From Eledone cirrhosa (Eukaryota): a stretch of 64,000 nt of DNA. The translations under genes and the position numbers were made by a program. Within the stretch, counting starts at the first letter, position 1; the number at the start of each line of letters is the position of its first letter. The stretch lies in contig OZ024742.1 in NCBI GenBank assembly GCA_964016885.1, positions 153,264,001 through 153,328,000 on the forward strand. The letters run 5' to 3'. Below, one piece after another: positions 1-14,519 of this stretch. Under the pieces are notes generated by a model. It made no database searches. It worked only from the letters and a program-made list of their open reading frames with translations, and had not been told where the DNA came from.

Positions 1-129
1 AACATTTTGGGTGTTAAATGAAACGGCTATTTGAAGGAGTACATTTTAATTATATAGATGGTTATAGTTGCTGTTCATGTGCTTGCTTTGAGCGACACAG
101 ATACTCCCACACACAGCGTATGTCCTAGA

Positions 130-1550
130 TGCTTTCTATCGGAAGCATCCTCACCCGAGTGGCCGACACCAGGGACGTCCCAGCACCTGTCAGTTACATT
201 GCCTTGACCGTTTTCCCTGGAAACATGATTGAAGATGGTATGTGACCCAGCCACCTAACAGATCTAATATTTTCACATTTCACTGAGTACAATGTCTCCG
301 GTCTACTGCTGCTCTAAAGAACAATCTTCGCTCTGTAAACATCCTCCGCCATGCCCGTGAACTTTTCTTCTCAGCCAACCTACTGCATTGAAGACGAATT
401 GTGCCGATTGCACTCAGCAACATCTCCCGGCACTTGCACCAGGATAGCTAGCAGGGCAGTCATCGATGACCGGAGCGAGATACTAATCCATGTCCAGCAT
501 TGACTGGTAATTAAAGTGCGGGTCTGAGACGACTGTTTATATGACCTGATATTTCATTCAGCACACGCCTCATTTGTTCCCTCACCTCCTAGAAAAGCCT
601 GACATGCGAAGCGACTTTAAAAGCCTTAGGCCGGGTCATATCTTAGAGTCATGCTCACGTAATACTCAATAATACACACTGCTCCTTTGAGACACCCATC
701 ACGGATGGCTGCTGGTATCAAAGTGATTTCGTCTGCGCCAGGTATCCAGCAATTGAACCAACTCGGCCTTGTCACCTTCTCACAGATAGCCTCGTGGAAT
801 TCGATTCCATCATACGACATCGTGGTGAACTAATTTGCAATGTTAACTTTTACATTACCAGCTGGCAACTGGCGAACCACTCCGTTAAATCCATCGGCCT
901 CGGCCTCTGACTCAATCACATTATCCTCCAGCGTCACTCTCATCAGCGAAACCCTCGGTTCGACGGCAGAAATTGATGCGTCCCGGGTGCTGGTGTTTGC
1001 TCTGGCCGATTGGACCAATTAAAAGCCTCGACGTCCTGCAATATACAGATGTCCAACGTAACTGAGACGACCCCAAGTGCATGTACATCTTCAGGCCGAC
1101 AACGGACCAACAGCATCTCGTCTATGTCCGTTCCGCCTCGCAAACAAACAGAAGGACGGGGATCAATTTGGTGCCCATCAAATGCTACCCTTTTTCATGA
1201 TGAGTGCACTCGCATCAGAGCAGTTCAGTGACTTGAAGTCCGATTGTGTAATCTACTCAAAAACTCTCGGGCAGCTGTTATTGAAAAGCTCGGCCTCCAC
1301 CCATTATTATGCCACTATAGTTCACGCCGGTTTCTCTGACACACCGGCATGATGAGCCTCGACACAGGCGGCTTCCTGTCAGACCTGGAGCCAACAGGAT
1401 TCGACTCTGAATCTAGTAAGCGCCCGAGTGAATAACCCTCCTCCTATTCAAGGGAAGTAAACCCCTAAACCTCGACGCAAATTATGATGACTTCTTCTCC
1501 GCCTGCAACCTTGTCACTTTGGCCGAAACCCAGGGCATCATCACCCGCCA
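130..1550 (-). mobile_element. Degraded Gypsy-type LTR retrotransposon internal region (gag-pro-RT relic)
   Basis: The minus strand shows a frameshifted protease motif LDT(G)ADEITLIP (~715-750), an RT-like YLAPVIDD (~459-483), SVRWLG (~246-262) and decayed Cys/His knuckle-like residues (~1120-1225). Many stops and frameshifts are present. It abuts a PBS-like TGGCG.. and an LTR. Confidence 0.6.
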
Positions 1551-1869
1551 TGTAGAAGAGAGGAAGATAACCAAATACTTCCTTTTAGAACTTCTCGCAG
1601 TCGGGACCACAGATGTCCTCAGTTCTTGAACTGCTATTTTCTTAATTACAATCATGACCCGTCAGGTGATGTGTCTGTTGCAGCGGGTATCACTGGCCAT
1701 TCTTTGTGGTAATTTTATGTCATTTTGTCCGCAGGGCGCAGCCGAAGCACTACCCAGACTACCGTGTCACTCTCTCCCTCTCTCCGTTTCTTTCGTTGTT
1801 TAATTCATGTTTTCTTTCTCTTTTTTTCCGTTCGTTTTCTTGTTTCCCTGTGGTCAGCTATATTCTACA
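1551..1869 (-). repeat. 5' LTR of the Gypsy relic
   Basis: Bounded by a perfect 7-bp inverted repeat TGTAGAA(1551)...TTCTACA(1869). On the minus strand it is followed immediately by TGGCGGGTGATGATG, a PBS-like sequence loosely resembling tRNA-Ser. Confidence 0.6.
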
Positions 1870-3789
1870 GATTTTATCACATTTTCCATTCAGTAAAATA
1901 CTATTTTCCATGAAATATTACTTCTAAGTAATTTATCGTTTCAGGGAACACCCTATATATTTATCGTTTGAGAATGGAACACCCTATATATTTACCATTG
2001 TTCATGTTCAAATTTCCAATCTCGCCGATGTATTTTAACACTCTTGTGGTACATAGAATAAATAGCATTTACTACTGAAGATCAATTGCAGAGAGAATAC
2101 TTTACACGCAAATTCTGGAGCTTGTGTATATGAAAAAAAAAATCAATAATCATCAAATAAGAGGAAAAGTATTGTAAACGCATTAGAACGGGAAAAAAAT
2201 CTGGTGATATTTTATTACGAATATTTCTCTTTGGGTACAATACCCGCCGGTATCGATACAGTAATATCAACTTTTCCCTGAGCCGAAATAGGTGGATCTG
2301 GAGCTGTGTTACGTACAATTAATATGATGTGGTTAATTTATTTAACAATAAATTTCCCACACAGAAATTGGCGGAGAACTTCTCTCAGAAATATATTAGA
2401 TGTTATTCCTCAAGAATATAATTACGTTTCGATCCCTTATATATCTAGACAATGGAAGAGCAAGTGTTAAATTAAGACTCGCAGAGTCCACTAATAAGAT
2501 AGTCTACTTATTCCGAGAGAATTGTCAACTCTGAATGAAATACCTTTCAGAGTTGTAGATTAAAAGATACATGTATGTTATCTTTTGATTTCATTCCTTG
2601 AAATGATGGCTCGTACGTTAAAGTTTCGGGAAATAGTTTTGTAACATTATAAATATGGTTGTGTCTATAGAGTGAGGTATCGATTGAAGTAGCTAATTAA
2701 AGAGGTTATATCCCTGTGGTATAGACTTATTACAAATTGAAACACGATGAAAGGACAATTAACATTGATTTGATGCGGGAATGGTGAATATATACGCTGA
2801 AATGGGATAAAATGCTGCATTACTAGCAATAGGATAAGACAAACTATTGTATTTCGATAAGTTGCATAACATTTATAGAAGATTTATTTCCATATATTCA
2901 CCGCACTGAATAGATTCCCGAATCACCACAAACAGATTCGTTTCAATTCCAATGCAATCGACTAATTATTTAGTTGGCTGATCATAATACGTATTTCGAA
3001 AAGGAGTAACAAATAACGTACATTGTGATAGTAAGAATTAAGCACTTTAAAAGTTCATTTTTCATCGAAAGATTTCAATGGGTTTTGTGGATAGAAATGT
3101 AGTTGTTGCATTTTATAAAACAAATATTATCAGAACAACAAACTTTCAACAGACGATAGATATATCAAACAATCGTAAGAAAGAAACAAATATGATCTAA
3201 CCGCCATATCCAATTCATTCCTTAAGACTTACACTTGTTTAATTCCATTGGTTATATAGGCTGATAGCTTAGAAAAATTGGTAGAGCGTTGGATTAAATA
3301 TCATTTAATATCATTTAATATCATTTATACTATTTGACATGGATTTTACATTCTGTGTTCAAATATGACACAAGTCAAGTTTGCATTTTATACTTCGAAA
3401 GTAAATAAAATAAAACAACAGCCACATACTGAGTTCGTTTCCTCGAATATAACTTTTTTCTCAATTCTCTATCTCACTCATCGATTTAAAAATCGATAAT
3501 ATGTATATAAACAAATAATATGCTTCTATTGTATTTTGTCACTCGAGGCATGAGTTTCTTGTTTCGTCACTTCATTCTTGTAATTTTTACGATAGTTATT
3601 CAGCATTTTACATTCTTTCATTTTTCTGTTCATCCTTCTTTTCTTGTGATCATGTGACATGCATTAGCATGTTTACAAGTCTCCATGGTCAACTACATTC
3701 ACACAAAATACGATTGACAAATATAATTGTGAATAAACATTTACTTTTTTTAGTGCAGCAGCTTTATCTTTTGTCACTTAATTCATTTA

Positions 3790-3813
3790 TACACACACAC
3801 ACACACACACACT

Positions 3814-3890
<77 letters not shown>
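3790..3890. repeat. Compound (CA)n(TA)n(GA)n microsatellite, representative of dozens in the window
   Basis: Directly visible dinucleotide arrays. Similar blocks lie at ~8940-9220, 9950-10270, 30540-31530, 36400-36520, 42600-42800, 50560-51580, 53130-53390, 57750-57895, 58505-58620, 59840-59950 and 60775-61010. Confidence 0.95.
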
Positions 3891-3891
<1 letters not shown>

Positions 3892-6800
3892 TGGGGGGAG
3901 CGAGAGCGAGAGAGAGGGAGATTTGATTACAATATAGGCATGAATTTATGAGCGGGATAATGTGATTTCACGGTAGGACACATGTCTTCAAAACCATAAC
4001 GTCTACTTTTAGGGATTGCGTCAATATATTGCACGCACAATGTGAGAAAACATGCCATGCGATGGTGATGGTATAATGATATAATTAATGATTATTTGAA
4101 AAAGCTTATAAATCTATTTAACCTGTAAATTGAAGTGGTGTTTATACAGCTATAATTCTCGGAATATATTGTCATGTAAAAGGTTTGAATATGTATACAT
4201 ACACGTAATCATATACTTATATGTGTGGCCCTACACACACACACGGGCGTAAACCTGCAGGCACAAACACCCATATATATATATTCATATGTGTGTTTTC
4301 ATATATATATATACATATATATATATGTATGTATGTATATATGTATATTATATCTTTGTTCGCATGCATAAGTATATACCTAAAAGGAGTAATCGCACAT
4401 TTATTGATTCTGGAATTAGAGTTGGGTAATTACTTTACTTTATGGTTTTCAGTTGTAATTTGGTTTGGTAAATAGCTGTCAGTTTAAAATTACATTGTTT
4501 ATTCTCAAGTCCAAAAAAATGGGAGTGCAAATCAAAGTTAATAGGTTCAATCATTAAAGCTACGATATCCGTTTATTGTTGTATGTACTTCAGTTATATT
4601 TTAGTTTTTAGAATCAGGTAAATTGTAAGGAATGAAATAAATACAAACATGTTTCGCATTTTATTTCGTGGGATTCATAAAATATCACGATACATTTACC
4701 TTTATGTATTTAATTACTATTTTACAATGCTTTAAACTTCGCAAACTTCGTAAATATTCTAGCTAGAAAACAAATCAGAAATCTGTAAACTATGCAGTTA
4801 AGTTAGAAGATCGATTATATTCAGCTTTCTATCAAGTTTAAATAATTCCCCACTAATGAATAAGCCACTAACTTTTAGTGAAAATAGCTAGTTGCAAACA
4901 CGAAAAGAAGACATTTTAAAAACTAATTTAATGATATTTGTGGTGCGTTGCGGTGACCATAGATGTAAAATATTTCAATTCATGATGTACATTCATTCCC
5001 CTGAAGCATCTAATGTAAGGAGAGAATTCATCAAGCTAAGAACTTTAATTAATATTACCCCAAATTATACGGTATTGTATTTTGTCACGATGCTAAATTA
5101 GCTGAAAGTGCATTAAGGAACAATAATTATACAGTTTTGTATATTTATTCCCTGCGTATTTACCGTTAAATAGATTTAGCAAACGAAACCCATTGCTTAT
5201 TTTTCCTTGTTTCAGAAACTACCCTTTATATACAAACATTGACTCCTTTCGACAAACTCTCCCAATATTTATTACCACTCCGTTCACTTTCATTCTAGTA
5301 CTTCCATAACTCCATACACAGCTCTTTCACTCTATACTTTATTCAATAGTTTACGCAGAAAGCAATAACATTTTTACTTTATTGTTTTCATTCTCAGACG
5401 ATGATTATGAACAAAACTTATTATATTCTTCACATCTCACGGCCACCTAACTAAAGGACTCTTTCCAGAAACCAATTTTTGGATTCATACTTGTTGAAAT
5501 ATGTCAACAGCAGATTCACCTGATCCCTGACATTCAGTTAAAAACAGGTTACTTATCTAGTCACCTTCACGTAACTTACGTCACATCACCGTACGGATTG
5601 TCACAGATTTGAGATATAGTGGAGAAGAGAAAACGAAAACATACCATCAGATGTAAGATTGGAATCATTGGTCCATGTATCAGTTAGTCATGTCGATAAA
5701 TTTCAATTTAGCACCTAACTTATCTTACCAAACATGGTCATGAGTAAAAAATCAAAGAAATAAGTTGTAAAATAACATGATTTAATAATGTATGTCGTAA
5801 TACGTCAATCCTGAAGGAGTCATAGTCTCACCGTCATGATATACTGTATTGTATGGCTGGTGTGTCTGTCCCGTCTCAAAATCTGAACAAAGTCAAGTTT
5901 TTCCATAGCATAGGAGAGATGAATGCAAACATATGTATAGATGAAAGATCAACCACAAGGCTAGACTGATACTGTTTTTATCGACCACATAATAATAAAA
6001 CACAAAGTAAACCTCGGTGGTATTTGAAATCATAGTACAGAGAGTCGAAATGCATACCAAAAGGCAATATATCCAACCTGCCAATTTGCTGAGTGTAGAG
6101 AAGAAAACGTGTTGATGTTTGCTTAAAAATACTGCTCAGTTTAACTGAACCACCTATAAAGATCTCGACAAAGCACCTGAGTCCATTCAACATATTAAAT
6201 CAGGTTAGTTAATGAGATTTGATATTCTAATTAATGTCGAGGCACAATGCTACAACGTTTATTCCATATAAAAATTATAAATATTCAAAAACGATTAATA
6301 GTAATGCAGAAAACGTGAAATAGTGACAGGTGATTCTTTAATGTGATTTCACAGGTTTCAATATAAATATTTAAATTTTACAACACGCTGACATGGCATA
6401 ATGTTTTAGTAATAGTGAGGCATTTCAAAACGCTGATAAATTATGTTCTAGAAATTGCTATTTGTAGGATAATATTTTTGCATTTTGTACCTCTGCATGG
6501 GCTAATAAGCATCTTCTCTACAACTGTTTATATTGTAGAGGTTAACAACACAAATGCCTATACAAGACTAGAAAATACGGAGTAACGCATAATAACGTAT
6601 CCAGGAAGGTGAATAATTATTTGTTCATTTGAAAGAATGTGGTGGGTCGGTAAAAAATGAGGATCGATAGATTATTCTGAGTTAATTATAATTCCCTTGA
6701 CCATATTTTAAAATGTTAGACGCAATCTTTATAGCATAGCGCTCATACTTTAATCCTTAAATATTTATATTGAAATCAACAAAGTCATATTTAAGCTTTT

Positions 6801-9116
6801 CTTGTAATCAATGTTTCTTTCATTTCTGCATTGTTTTGGTTTCTTTTTTAAATTAGTTTGGCAATAATGTCTCTATCCATTAATTAAATACCTCAAAGAC
6901 ATCTTTATGATTATCCTTTGAAGAAGCTAATTAAATATTTTGGATGAAATCGCCTGCTTTTTTAAATTTCGACGTGTGCTTTACTAATAAGAGAATTTTT
7001 TGTATTAATTTAACAAAAAACGGTAAATAGCATGAGAGAAACAACAAACATTACTCGAGTATGGATTCTAGTGAAAGGTTCTCATGTAGTTTAGTTCCAT
7101 GTTGATCTTCATTGTGCACATCCAAGATCAAAAGCATTTATGTCGTAACCATTCTATCATTTATTGTCGGGCACATTATATTTTGGCAGCAATGACTTGG
7201 ATATATATCTTTTCTTCACTACAGGAATTATATTTTCCTTTTCTTTTCCGTGGAAAATTTTTATGATAAAAATATGGGTCACATGCGGTTCTTTTCTGAG
7301 ATATCGTTTTCGAAATGAGTAGAAGCCTAAGTAATTTGTATGAAATAATTCAGAGCTATTCATAATGTGCTGTATTTAGCACGGCAATAAATCAATTGTA
7401 AAATACGAAATATTTCAATGTTAACACAAGAAAGATTTCCTGAGGCTTTTTCAAGCTAGTCACAAATCAGATGCTGCAATGCTTCGAGCTGCAATGCTTC
7501 GAGATTATGAATATTTTCATAAATATTAATATGGCGGTGAATATTGCAGAATCATTGACATAGCAGACAAAATGCCTTGTGGTATATACTTATGTAATTT
7601 ATGTTCTGAGATCAAATTTTACTAAATTCAATTTTTCATATCTTCTATATTAGATGAATCTAAACACTTTGGCCCCTATTGTCGGCTAAACATAGTTCTG
7701 TTCCAGTAAATTATAATATCGATATTTTGGGCTACGCTAAACATCGTTATAACACATAAATATTATAACGCAAAGTTTTAAAACCAGCGAAGTCCTACAC
7801 AGATCGTATTTACCTGTGAATGTAAATTCAGTGGTAATTTTGTCAAGTAAAAGAGAGTCATTGGTTGTTAATGGTAACTTTATTACGTAAAAGGTGATAG
7901 ATTCTATTGTGAGAAAAGACTTGATTAAAATAACTGTTTCTACTTTTGACACAAGGTCAGCAATAACCCAGTGCATTACTGGTACTTTATTTTATCGACC
8001 TCGTCAAAGTTAACCTTGATTAAAATACTTGATTAAAATAACACTTGTATATTACCAGTAGATAAGCTTTTTGCACTGAAACGCCCATTAAACATGTCTA
8101 TTTTCTTACTCTAACTAATGTAGGATCCGCGGCAAATTCAGGCACTTGAAATATACACGTTGTAGAAGAGGTAATGTTGCTTTGGTGAAGAATATGAAAA
8201 ATAATATTAATCATTGGCATAGTTTACATATTTTACATTCACAGCATCATTATGTATTTCTGAATTGATAATAAGTGAAATGTATTCACAGTTACTGTGG
8301 AATATATAATTAGACACATCGTATAATTCCTTACTAATTATATCATCACTATTTCTGTTAGTGTTGGAAAGTGTCCCCTTCATTGATGACATTGTGATTA
8401 ATCAGAAATATATTCAGAGTTTCAAATGTCGAAAATGTGAAAATAATATTTATCTTATTAAATAACAATTACTTATGCACAGCACAATGTATAAGAGAAA
8501 CTTTCAACTAAATTAAATGTAAATATGATTACATTTGAAATGAAAAGATTACATGTTTATTTCTTACTGCATAATTATTCCCGCTTAGCCTGTTAATGCT
8601 ACATGTGTTTAAGAGCTTAACACCAAATGAACTTTGAAATAAAAACAATATTTAAAATCCTCATAGTCTTCACTGTACGCACTATGTCGAATTGTCACAC
8701 ATTTTTCTTTAATTATGTTAACGTGTATTGAAATATTTAATTTAACACAATTGACATTTTACTGAAGAATATTTACAAGTTTGATGTAGTTGATTATCTT
8801 ACGCATTGAATATACTAACGTGTGACAAATTATTCATAATCTGAGAAATATTAGGAAAACATCGAGTAATTGGAAAACACAGATAACCTGCTACAAACTA
8901 ATTTACAGTTTAGTGATGTACACGCACTCACGCAATCACACACATACACCCAGTACACACAAACACGTACATACATACATACACACACACACAGGCACAC
9001 ACATATATATATATATGCATATGCATCTACATATATAAATGTATACATATGTATACATATATATATATATACATTTATATATATATATACATGTGTGTGT
9101 GTGTATCTATACACAT

Positions 9117-9150
<34 letters not shown>

Positions 9151-11148
9151 GTATATATATGTTACATGCTTACGCGTACACACAAACTCACACACATTCT
9201 CTCTCTCTCTCACATACAAACACAAATAACTTATTTTTGTGCCAATAAAGTTATCTCAATTATTTCAAAGTGACAGCTAAAGTTTACGAAATGCTACCTT
9301 TCAGAATCAGCGCTCCACGGAGAAAATAATATATAAGTGATTAAAATAAATTGAATCAGCAAACTATTTTAATTATAGAACTTTTGAATGACAAACAAAT
9401 GTTTAATATATCATTCCTTCTAGCTTTTGTCAGTTTGCTTCTATATTTAAAGAACACTATTACACACAGAATGATCCTATATCAGAAATACCTTTAGATT
9501 ACAACATAGCATAAAAGAAGGACACAACGAATCCCTCTGTTCGTAGCATGAGGAACTCTCTGCCCGATTCACTTTGAACGTCTCTCTACCTCTGGCATCC
9601 GTTCAAATTTGATTCATTTATATCAGCCAGCTCTCATCGACTAGACATAACTGTCTCCTAATTAGTTCTTCTATAATGTCATGCCGCATTAATTTGATTG
9701 CCATCATCTAATTGATTTATAAAATCATCCAGAACCACCAAATTTCTTATGTTTATTTCCATTAAGTATTTTCTTTAGGACAGTATGCAAATATTCTTCT
9801 CATCTGAAAGCAGCGATAAAATAAAAGTGAACAGAACGAAAGAAATGATATAAAGGAAAATGTTAAAGCGGAAGAGAGACAATAATAGACTTCAATACTA
9901 CAAACCGATCCTCCGCAGTTTCAGAGAAAAATACAAATAAACAACTCAACAATTTAATTATACATACACACATAGTAATATATATTTACGCATGCATTCA
10001 TCCATAAATGCATACATAGATACATACATACACACACACACACACACATATATATGTATGTATATATATATATATACATGCATACATACATACACGTATG
10101 CATACATTCAAACATACGTGTATTTATACATACATACATGCATACATACTAACCGACAAACAGAAAGACATACATAGAAACAACACATACGTATATGAAA
10201 ATAAATACATAATATATACACTTACAGATGTAGACACACAAACGCACACCCCACACACACGCACACATATGTATATCTTTGATTTTTTTATATTAACCAC
10301 ATTTTAAACAGGAAGTATAATCATCCTAAGTGAAAGGCTATGAATAGTATTTGATAACATTGTAAGAGGTGCCCCTGGAGAAGAAAGATAAGTGAGCACA
10401 GAACCCTGCATCTATCAGATGCCCACCGAGCGCAGGAATAGGCATGTTAAATGGTACCTCGTGCAAAATTGCAGTCCTTTGCAAGATTTAAAGCATGTAG
10501 TTATAATTTGAAATTTCTAATGCAGTGGTCTAAACGTAAATAAAACGAATACATTAGATGATGATACATTATATTTGAGGTTTAAGGTATCACTAGATAC
10601 GAAGTAAAGGAAAGAGAACTGCTTGGAAGGAATTTAATAGAAAAAACTCAATGCTTCATTTAATTACAACAGACATTATGACGCACGCAAAATTATTACA
10701 CATAATTGAATTAAAAATATTTTTTTCAGGAGTCATTAACATTTCAAATAAAGGGATAATATTTAACTATTCGGTATAATATGATGACGCTGTAGCTAAT
10801 AGTCATTTAAAGAAAGCTAATATATAGGTTTCAATTTGTGTCAGACATACACAAGGCAACGACGTTACCTTTTAATCTAGGGTATCGAAAACTTTAAATT
10901 ATCAGATTAGTGAAGATAAACTAACTACCTACATATACATATATTATATATATATGTATAATTATATGTATGATGGATTTAAAAAACATATGTCTAATAA
11001 ATCATTTATCTATAACATCTACAAATATCTATTACACCTTCGTCAACAATAAAAAAAGTTATTTTACATATTCCAAGTTATTTAACGAAGACGAAGATTG
11101 ATGTTACACTCTCACTATCATTCGGTTCTGTATATCTCTCTCTATATC

Positions 11149-11198
<50 letters not shown>

Positions 11199-11204
<6 letters not shown>

Positions 11205-11417
11205 CATAACAGATTAGAGTTTAAGCAAAAATAGCTGCTTTCAGCCTTAACGGGATCTTCTGAAGATCTCGTTGAGGGTGAAAGAGAAAGATTCTTTGCT
11301 TAAACTTTAAGCTGTTATTTTAATAAATATTTACTCTACGGTCCTCATATATTTGATATATATTTTTCCTTATCGAGCCCTCTTTCGGATTTTAGTCTTA
11401 ACATTTATTAATATTAC
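11199..11417 (+). mobile_element. Small (TA)n-embedded fold-back element centred on a CTGAAGA hammerhead-like motif
   Basis: TAACAGATTAGAGTTTAAGCAAA pairs with TTTGCTTAAACTTTAAGCTGTTA, and CTTTCAGCCTTAACGGGATCTTC pairs with GAAGATCTCGTTGAGGGTGAAAG. TA runs flank both sides. The tail recurs at 50914-50952. Confidence 0.6.
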
Positions 11418-11437
11418 TATATATATATATATATATA

Positions 11438-13974
11438 TATATAATCAATAACAAAGAACGCCTATAGCATATGCATATCTTTACTTGCTAACATTGTTTC
11501 ATCCGCACTATAAGTGGGACTCATCAGAGCATAAAGGTTAATTACATACCACACAAGCAATAACAAATCCAAGACATTGAAGAAAAAAAGAATTAAAAAT
11601 AATAAAAGATAAAAGATATTGAGGAAGTAAAAATAAAAATAAAAATAAAAATAAACATTGAAAAATAAACAATGAAAAATAATTGAAAAATAAGGGGTGC
11701 TATCAGTCACAGTTGGGTGGGGTGCTGTCAACATATAGTTACATACAAGCATACACATGGATAAGAGAACAGACAAGAATAGATAAGATAGATAGGATTA
11801 GGTAAGAGTAGATAAAAAATAGGTGAAAAATAGGTAAAAAATAGACTTATAATATATATAAGAAAATATAAAAAAACATACATATAGAATATAAAATATA
11901 CAGATAATAGTGATACAGGGTAAGGAATGAAATAAAATAGAATAAAATAATATAAAATTAAAATTAAAATTATATAAAATAGAATATAATATAATATAAT
12001 AATAAAATAAGATAAAATAAAATAAAATAAAATAAACTAAAATAAAATAAAATAAAATAAACTAAAATAAAATAATATAATATAAGATATAATTAAATAA
12101 ATAAGATAAATAAAATTAAATAAAATGAAATGAAATAAAATCAAATAAAATAAAATAAAGTAAATTGAGATAAGATATATATTTTTTTAGAATATATTTC
12201 TTGAATATATCAGGGGCCCACGAAGGCACTAAGTGTCACAGTTATCAGTATCACTTGATCATTGCAATGCAATGGAGACGTCCCAGGTTGGGCAGTCTCA
12301 AAAGTTCACTCGAAAGTCACGGGTGTGCATTCACACAGTTGAGCGGTGGGGTAATCACAAACCGGTTCACACCCGGGCAGGAGTCCAATGGTCAACAGAG
12401 GTACATCGAAGGAAGGTAGGAGAATTCACGTGCAGCAGCAAGAGGCAGACAGGTGGGCCGAAAGCAAGCAGGTGCAGGCGGGCTAGCCGAAAGCAAGCAG
12501 ACACAGTTGGGTCAGGCGGCTTAATAGGCATACTCAACAGCGCATACAAAAGATATATAAAAAATAAAAGATATATAAAAAATAGCTTCAAGAGCCAATA
12601 TCATGAATTCACCGCATTGGGACATCTCAAGATTATACACACCAATATGTTCAGCACGTATATGCACATATACACACCACATGCATATGCAGAGACGGTA
12701 TACATATATATATATTTTTATATACAGACATATACAACCACCTACACCCATACACATATAAATTTATACACAGACACACACGCACACACACACAGCGTAG
12801 GACACCCGGGTCAAAGCTGATATTAAACACAGAAATAACACATTAGGCAAGACCCACCACCACGGATAATACATTCAAAATAAATACATACGATGAGATG
12901 CAGTAAAATAAATCAAATTGAAATCCTACGGAGATAATCATGTCCGCACGTGCCATTGCCCGATTCAAGTGTACACAGACCGTTAGTTACTACGGAGGGC
13001 TATCGGGGCCAAAACGTTACTTTCGGGATAATAACAACGACCGTCAATATATGGAAGGTCAATCGTGCTAGAAAGACTACAACCCCGGGCAAGAGCTCCC
13101 AGAAGTCAGCCTGTAGATCTTAAACCACAGAATAGGAGGGCAACACGTACATGTGCCACGTATCTACTGCTTACGGCGAGATGGCGCAGGTCCGCCCACA
13201 GTTACAGGCTAAATTTCTATTTGTGCAGCCTATATCACAGTACACGCTCTACATAGATACATTACATCATAACTCATGCGCATACAGAGGTACAGATCCG
13301 CAAGATACACGTCGGGATAGACCCACCAATGCACCAATGGTGGGTAGGCGAACGTGGATGGGTTACATCCGCTGTGCCAAACAGGGGTGCTTATTAACAT
13401 ACACACCCACTCACCTGTACACCGCAATATCCAGATCAATATTCTCCCGCAGGCATACGTATACACTCACTGACTCATATACATAGAAGACAAACAATAG
13501 GAGACAGTTACACACAATAAGAGACAGTTACACAAGATAGCCCAACTGGAGAATTAAGGAAGTGCTAGCTAATAGGTTTAAAGTAGAAGAAAGAGCTTAA
13601 TATTCGGTGGGGGCAAGAGGAAAATATTTCTGACTTTCTGTTTAGTAGAGGGCATTTAGCAAATATAATAGAGTGGGATTCGGCAAGGCATAGGTTACAT
13701 ACTCTATTATGAGGAGTATATGGATGGGATTAAGCAACCTGCCGCCAAGTAAGTGTGTAATGTGTTCGTGCATTTTTAAGTTGTGGACGTACGCTGCCAA
13801 GGAGGTGGAGTTCCTCAGTTTATTGTGTCTAAAAGTGCACTGGTGAGAGTTAAACCTGGTCTTAAAGGGGGTGGAGGTTGATCCTATATAGGTTTTAGTG
13901 GACGCCGTAGTTACCACATCACACGCGTAAACTATGTTTCTAATAAGGCAGAAACCATTCAGGGGCCAGCCTGA
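11438..13974 (-). repeat. 2.5-kb inverted copy of the element's 3' part (GIY-YIG C-terminus, 3' UTR, pLTR)
   Basis: Mirror ORFs in the track (12233-12820+ vs 17684-18271-; 13151-13486+ vs 17018-17353-) differ by only a few residues. The junction is CAGGGGCCAGCCTGA|TTATTTTATCTACTC at ~13974. Confidence 0.97.
11479..11536 (-). ncRNA. Type I minimal hammerhead ribozyme (pLTR copy 1)
   Basis: Reverse complement reads CTTTA-TGCT-CTGATGA-GTCC CAC TTATA GTG C GGAT-GAAAC AAT GTT-AGCA-AG-TAAAG. Confidence 0.85.
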
Positions 13975-14451
13975 TTATTTTATCTACTCTTACCTAATCC
14001 TATCTATCTTATCTATTCTTGTCTGTTCTCTTATCCATGTGTATGCTTGTATGTAACTATATGTTGACAGCACCCCGCCCAACTGTGACTGATAGCACCC
14101 CTTATTTTTCAATTATTTTTCATTGTTTATTTTTCAATGTTTATTTTTATTTTTTATTTTTATTTTTACTTCTTCAATATCTTTTATCTTTTATTATTTT
14201 TCATTCTTTATTTCTTCAATGTCTTGGATTTGTTATTGCTTGTGTGGTATGTAGTTAACCTTTATGCTCTGATGAGTCCCACTTATAGTGCGGATGAAAC
14301 AATGTTAGCAAGTAAAGATATGCATATGCTATAAGCGTTCTTTGTTATTGATTATATCACGGCTCTGTCCTCAGACATCGAGCTAACCTTATACTGCCTG
14401 TTGGATAAGTGGAGTATTATACACCCCTGATCCTCTCCCTAGTATACTATA
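13975..14451 (+). repeat. 5' pseudo-LTR of the PLE
   Basis: Near-identical to ~18688-19171 (TTTATCTACTCTTACC...CCTCTCCCTA(G/C)TATACTATA). Confidence 0.93.
14260..14317 (+). ncRNA. Type I minimal hammerhead ribozyme (pLTR copy 2)
   Basis: Core CTGATGA at 14269-14275. Stem II is GTCC/GGAT plus CAC/GTG, and GAAA lies at 14296-14299. Stem III is only AC-AAT-GT, with a GUU cleavage triplet at 14304-14306. Stem I is TGCT/AGCA extended by CTTTA/TAAAG. Confidence 0.87.
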
Positions 14452-14519
14452 CGGCTCCCACTGGTTGAGCTTAAACTTTGATATACGTGGATTTGTATCC
14501 TTGTATATTATCAGGCAGT

